This document shows positions 59,562 to 64,000 of a DNA stretch of 64,000 nucleotides, piece after piece (within the stretch, counting starts at the first letter, position 1; every line of letters begins with the position of its first letter). The translations under genes and the position numbers were made by a program. Origin of the DNA: Candidatus Poribacteria bacterium (GTDB lineage Bacteria > Poribacteria > WGA-4E > PCPOR2b); contig OZ242351.1 in assembly GCA_965208675.1 (NCBI GenBank), positions 288,001 to 352,000 on the forward strand, read 5' to 3'. The notes below the pieces were generated by a model. The model worked only from the letters and a program-made list of their open reading frames with translations, was not told where the DNA came from and did no database searches.

Positions 59562-60746
59562 CTACTTTTTTTCCTTTGAGCCCCGCAGGCGTATGAACGT
59601 CGGTACATCCCACTGATCCTCGGTGTTTTCTGAACGATCCGGGTTTTTCTGTTTGCCAGCGCCCTGCTGACTCGTACGTTCTTGATCTGATGGTTGGTTC
59701 TTGCCAACGAGAAACTTCTCAAAATCAATTACGTCGCCATCCCGCTGGGCGGTCTGCATCCCGGTTTTTATGTTGGAGTCGAATCCGGTAGCGATTACAG
59801 TTACGCGGAGTTCATCTTCCAAATCATCATTGTAGGCAAGCCCGAAAATTAACTGGTCAGTGTCCGACGCATCTCTAATTACATCCATGGCACCCTCCAA
59901 CTCATGCATCATCATATCAGAGGGGCCCGTGATATTTACTATGATTCCAGATGCACCTTCAATGGAACTCTCTTCTAATAATGGTGAGGAGATGGCGTGT
60001 TGTGCCGCAATCTGCGCACGGTTATCTCCGGATGCAAAACCAATCCCCATTAATGCACCGCCGGAGTCAGACATTATCGTCTTGACATCAGCAAAATCAA
60101 GATTAATCTCGCCCGGTACCATAATAAGATCGGAGATGCTTTGGACAGCATGGAGTAGAATCTGATCTCCCATACGAAAAGCCAAACGAATAGGTAATTT
60201 CCGATCTACAACCTCCATCAAGCGTTGGTTGGGAATAACAATTACGGAGTCAGCACATTCCTGGATATTTTGCAGACCGTCTTCGGCTTGGTTAGCTCGC
60301 TTGCTACCCTCAAAGTCAAATGGTCGTGTCATGACGCCAATAGTCAATGCCCCACTTTCTTTAGCGAGGCTTGCAATAACGGGGGCTGCACCCGTCCCAG
60401 TACCACCGCCCATTCCGGCAGTCACGAAAACCATGTCTGCCCCTTCAACGATGCTTTTCAGTTTATCTTTATCCTCTTCCGCAGCTTTACGTCCTTTTTC
60501 GGGATCTGCTCCTGCGCCAAGACCGCTCGTCGTATTGATGCCCACTTGCACCCTTGTTGTGTTATGGCATGTTCGCAGCGCTTGCAAATCTGTATTGACG
60601 ACATAAAACTCTACTCCAGTCAACTCCGCTTCAATCATGCGCTTGACTGCGTTACTTCCTCCACCGCCAACGCCGATAACTTTAATTTTTGCTAAATCTT
60701 CAAATTCTTCCTGTTCAAATTCAATCATGCTAATTTCGATTACCAT
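59562..60746 (-). CDS. ftsZ: Cell division protein FtsZ
   Basis: GVGGGGSNAV; GMGGGTGTG tubulin signature; INLDFADV; C-terminal DVPTFIR core. Start may be ATG 60728. Confidence 0.97.
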   Translation of the reverse strand: MVIEISMIEFEQEEFEDLAKIKVIGVGGGGSNAVKRMIEAELTGVEFYVVNTDLQALRTCHNTTRVQVGINTTSGLGAGADPEKGRKAAEEDKDKLKSIVEGADMVFVTAGMGGGTGTGAAPVIASLAKESGALTIGVMTRPFDFEGSKRANQAEDGLQNIQECADSVIVIPNQRLMEVVDRKLPIRLAFRMGDQILLHAVQSISDLIMVPGEINLDFADVKTIMSDSGGALMGIGFASGDNRAQIAAQHAISSPLLEESSIEGASGIIVNITGPSDMMMHELEGAMDVIRDASDTDQLIFGLAYNDDLEDELRVTVIATGFDSNIKTGMQTAQRDGDVIDFEKFLVGKNQPSDQERTSQQGAGKQKNPDRSENTEDQWDVPTFIRLRGSKEKK

Positions 60747-60960
60747 TTAACAATTTCAGTAATCTTATTCCTCCTTTGTCTTGCACCGCACGAGATAGAT
60801 AAGACCTTTAAACATGCCGGATAATGTAACTTCGCAAATCAATTTGTTGTCGGAGATTCAGATGTCATGCAGGCTTGAGGGCACTCCAGCCGTGATTGGA
60901 TGAACATCACGGACTAATCCACAACTAGACTTCGCCCCATCATACGGGAATACGATAGAG

Positions 60961-60989
60961 ATTATAAATTACTACTCAGTTAAAGTCAA
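60961..60989 (-). promoter_or_regulatory. Near-consensus sigma70 promoter upstream of ftsZ
   Basis: TTGACT-N17-TATAAT on the minus strand. Confidence 0.65.
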
Positions 60990-61008
60990 TGTTTTTTTGA
61001 TAAATTGT

Positions 61009-61920
61009 CTAGGTTTTATTTTCCTTGAGCGGATTGGTTAACGTTTGGATTATATCCATGAAGTCGTAAGAAGAACCACGGCTATCGGGCGGGTGATTCG
61101 AAGAGAGGTTTTCATGAACAAAGCGGTATACGTCCGCGGCCCCCGCCAAAATTTTAGGGGTCAAACCCACGTGCGCGAACGTCGCAGAAATTTCCTCCAT
61201 TTCAGCTATCCAACGATGCGATTTCGGCGGCATCATCGGTACGTTTCGTTCCATGCGTTCATATAGCATGGACTGGCTCATTTGAAGTTCGTTCTGAAGC
61301 GGCTCCAAGACATCCATGGCTGCCGCCGCGGTTAAAAGTTCGGTGCAAAGTGCGGTCAACCCTTTGGTCAGAGACGCGTAGCACATCTTAATTGCCGAAG
61401 CTAACCCGATTTCTCCGCCCAGCACACGGACATCTAGCCCGCACAGATTTAACGATTCAATGATGCTGGCATCAGGGCCTGATACATAAAAACGAGTAGA
61501 TCCAAAGGTTCTGGGCGGAGGTCCAATTATCGAGGCATCAACAAATCGCCCTCGCACATCTGTGATAATGCCTTCAATTCTGCGAACGGTCTCAGGGGAG
61601 ACCGCATTGCAATCGGCATACACGAGTTGCATGTCGGTTTCCGCAAGTGCATTTGCAACTTTTTTTGCAGCATTCACTGCCTGGCCAGGGGGAAGAATCG
61701 ACAATATGACTTCAGCGTCGCAAACAAGCGAGTCGTATGTTGGCACATCAACGATACCGGCGCGCGCAGACAAGGTTCGCGTGCGTTTTCTCCTCCCCTG
61801 CAAACACGTAATCACATCCAAACCATGTGAACCTAATACACGCCCAACGATATGTCCCATATCACCAGGACTCAGAATTCCTATGGTTTTCAACGGCATT
61901 GCGTCAATCTCCTCGTTCAA
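61009..61920 (-). CDS. NAD(P)-dependent oxidoreductase, 6PGD/3-hydroxyisobutyrate DH-like with DUF1932
   Basis: IGILSPGDMG; DCNAVSP; ASAIKMCYA; RWIAEMEEI. Confidence 0.85.
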   Translation of the reverse strand: MNEEIDAMPLKTIGILSPGDMGHIVGRVLGSHGLDVITCLQGRRKRTRTLSARAGIVDVPTYDSLVCDAEVILSILPPGQAVNAAKKVANALAETDMQLVYADCNAVSPETVRRIEGIITDVRGRFVDASIIGPPPRTFGSTRFYVSGPDASIIESLNLCGLDVRVLGGEIGLASAIKMCYASLTKGLTALCTELLTAAAAMDVLEPLQNELQMSQSMLYERMERNVPMMPPKSHRWIAEMEEISATFAHVGLTPKILAGAADVYRFVHENLSSNHPPDSRGSSYDFMDIIQTLTNPLKENKT

Positions 61921-61961
61921 TGTTTTTCATTCGGTTGGACAATTTGCACTCCAGTCGTCTT

Positions 61962-63467
61962 CTACAAATCGTACATCTCCCCGTATTTTGTGCGCAGATA
62001 CCGAATATACGGAGCAATGCTCAATGTACCGCCGGTGACACGTTCAATAAGTTCAGGTGCGGCGTATTTTCGTCCGTGCCGGTAAATGTTGTCCCTAAGC
62101 CATCCATACAGGGTGCCAAACTCCGCAGCTTCGATTTGGTTCATAATCTGCGGATGCGCATGCAAAGCGGATTCGAAAAACTGTGCACCCAGTATGTTTC
62201 CGAGTGTGTAACCTTGGAAATTGCCTCCAATAACATCACAGAACCAATGTACATCTTGCAGCACGCCATCACGGTCATCGGGTGGAACAATGCCCAGGTC
62301 AGCTTTGAATCGCTCGCGCCACGCCTCAGGGAGATCGTGCACTTTCAGATTACCCTCAAGTAAATCTAACTCAAGGTCGAAGCGCATCATGACATGTAGG
62401 TTGTAAGTTACCTCGTCCGCATCTGTACGAATAAGCGATCGCGTAACCTTGTTAATTGCGCGGTAAAACGACTCTAGCGGCGTAGTGTTCAGTTGTTGCG
62501 GGTAAATTTTTTGAAGTTTGGGATAGAAGAACTTCCAGAAGTTTCTGCTGCGCCCAACAATGTTCTCCCAAAGACGAGATTGGCTTTCATGGACGCTTGC
62601 GGAGGTGCCTCGCGCAAGCGGCGTCCCTTCAAGTTCCATTCGAATGCCCTGTTCATACAGCCCGTGTCCTGCCTCGTGCATCGTACTAAAGAGCGCTTCA
62701 CTCAGGTCGTTTTCTCGAACCCGTGTCGTAATGCGGACATCGCCTAACGAGAATTTAGTAATAAATGGATGATGGGTTTTGTCTTGCCGTCCACGATTAA
62801 AGTCATATCCAAAGCGTTTGATGACCTCGACGCCGAAATCTATCTGCTGTGGTTCAGGGAAGATGTGGCGCAAGCAAGAATCATCTGCAGCAGGTTGACT
62901 CGTAATCGCCGTTACCATGGGAACAAGCGCCGCTCGCAACTCTGCAAAAATGGTACGCACCATTGAAGCCTTCATTCCGCTGTCTGCAAAGTCGATTAAC
63001 GGGTCGGCGATGTGTTCATACCCAGGGAAAAAGTCAGCCAATTGGCGGCTTAAATCCAGTGTTTTTTCAAGGTATGGTTTTACCGCGGAAAAATCATTTG
63101 CTGGTCTAGCCTTAGTCCATGCCTGATAAGATTCAGAACCGTGGCTAGAGAGCTCAGCCACGAAAGTCGGCGGTACTTTTATCGCTCGCTCATAATCACG
63201 CCTCGTAACGCGGATGAGACTTGCATCGTCCGAGTCATAATGTAAACGGTCCTCGTAGGACTGCAACTCTTCAAGTAATCGTCCTATGTGTGGGTCAATG
63301 AACTTCTCGTGTGCAAGGCGGTCAAGGGTAGCAATCTGGCGGGCGCGAGCATCGTCGCCGCGCGGCGGCATGTAGGTTGACTGATCCCATTGCAGCAACG
63401 CGGCGGCAGAATTTAGATCGTTGATTTCTGCTAGGTGGCATTTGAGCTTTTTTAACTTGGCTTCCAA
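61962..63467 (-). CDS. Carboxypeptidase M32 (Taq-like)
   Basis: WDQ; HPF; DVRITTR; HEAGH; HESQS; IRTDADE; QDVHW; YTLG. Confidence 0.95.
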   Translation of the reverse strand: MEAKLKKLKCHLAEINDLNSAAALLQWDQSTYMPPRGDDARARQIATLDRLAHEKFIDPHIGRLLEELQSYEDRLHYDSDDASLIRVTRRDYERAIKVPPTFVAELSSHGSESYQAWTKARPANDFSAVKPYLEKTLDLSRQLADFFPGYEHIADPLIDFADSGMKASMVRTIFAELRAALVPMVTAITSQPAADDSCLRHIFPEPQQIDFGVEVIKRFGYDFNRGRQDKTHHPFITKFSLGDVRITTRVRENDLSEALFSTMHEAGHGLYEQGIRMELEGTPLARGTSASVHESQSRLWENIVGRSRNFWKFFYPKLQKIYPQQLNTTPLESFYRAINKVTRSLIRTDADEVTYNLHVMMRFDLELDLLEGNLKVHDLPEAWRERFKADLGIVPPDDRDGVLQDVHWFCDVIGGNFQGYTLGNILGAQFFESALHAHPQIMNQIEAAEFGTLYGWLRDNIYRHGRKYAAPELIERVTGGTLSIAPYIRYLRTKYGEMYDL

Positions 63468-63491
63468 AATTCTTTTTCCCTGCTAATACAC

Positions 63492-63697
63492 TAGGTTCTG
63501 TTGACATTTTGAGGCTACTGATTCGGCAAACGTTGTCACCATTGGATAATCTGATATAAGTAGCGCAAACTGTTTAGTTTGCGGGCTCGGATCGCAACCT
63601 AACAGATTGTGTTACAAAAGATTCCTTTGTACTTGATAGGGACTGCCGTTTAACCGTTCAATTCAACCTACGGGATGCCAAATGTCAACACGCCCTA
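63492..63697. mobile_element. Putative MITE with IS5/IS630-like terminal inverted repeats
   Basis: Left TAGGTTCTGTTGACATTT versus reverse complement of the right end TAGGGCGTGTTGACATTT (15/18 match), TA at both ends; non-coding. Confidence 0.5.
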
Positions 63698-63718
63698 ATG
63701 TTTGACCTCGTCATTTTT

Positions 63719-64000
63719 TCAACTCATTCGTTCTGGGCAGCTATAAACTGTCATGTTTTTATCCCGCATAAAACCGATTAACATCATTCCACTCCCTTTC
63801 GCCAAGTCAACCGCCAAACTTGACGCTGCAGAAACCGCGGTGATTACTGGAATGCGGGCAAACAACGCTTTCTGGATAATCTCGAAACTTGCGCGGCCGC
63901 TCACCATAAGGATGTGCCTATCTAAAGGGATTTGTTCGCTCAACAACGCTTGCCCAATTACCTTGTCTACTGCATTGTGCCGACCGATATCTTCACGTGC
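63719..64000 (-). CDS. fdhD: Formate dehydrogenase accessory sulfurtransferase FdhD (3' part)
   Basis: [14 protein letters not shown]...[12 protein letters not shown]...SAASSLAV...GFMR. Confidence 0.93.
   Translation of the reverse strand, partial: AREDIGRHNAVDKVIGQALLSEQIPLDRHILMVSGRASFEIIQKALFARIPVITAVSAASSLAVDLAKGSGMMLIGFMRDKNMTVYSCPERMS

Noticed and set aside
1-64000. Genome-wide TAG reassignment (alternative genetic code)
   Set aside because: TAG ends ftsZ, pckG, the M32 peptidase, the nucleoside hydrolase and others at their expected C-termini; only one internal TAG was seen.

Overview
A gene-dense bacterial chromosomal segment of roughly 50% GC (estimated by eye) with about 45 protein-coding genes. 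I found no rRNA, tRNA, CRISPR array or transposase. The gene content suggests Candidatus Poribacteria or a relative (inference): multiple PhyH-type Fe/2OG dioxygenases, PD40/TolB-like propellers ending in a 'V-x-P-x-x-K-x-x-x-T-W-G-x-x-K' tail, NYPNPF(N)/FlgD-Ig C-terminal domains, a TPR plus ASPIC/UnbV pair and a DUF6785-like membrane protein. Housekeeping genes include gmk, yicC, pckG, mnmA, ftsZ, fdhD, a 5-formyl-THF cyclo-ligase and M32/M42 peptidases. The most notable observations are: (1) a PhyH-fold Fe/2OG enzyme whose HxD triad reads H-W-G, the signature of radical halogenases, fused to an unknown C-terminal domain; (2) a short conserved C-terminal tag on four predicted secreted proteins of two unrelated types, a candidate uncharacterised sorting signal; (3) a second PhyH gene split by one in-frame TAG upstream of its essential distal His; (4) a GlmU-like nucleotidyltransferase fused to a DUF89/ARMT1 phosphatase; (5) atypical ClpX and NtrC-like proteins; (6) a sulfite reductase-HEPN-TusA fusion; (7) REPIN-like direct repeats around an M42 peptidase and a small MITE. 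All assignments come from motif recognition by eye; no database searches were run.
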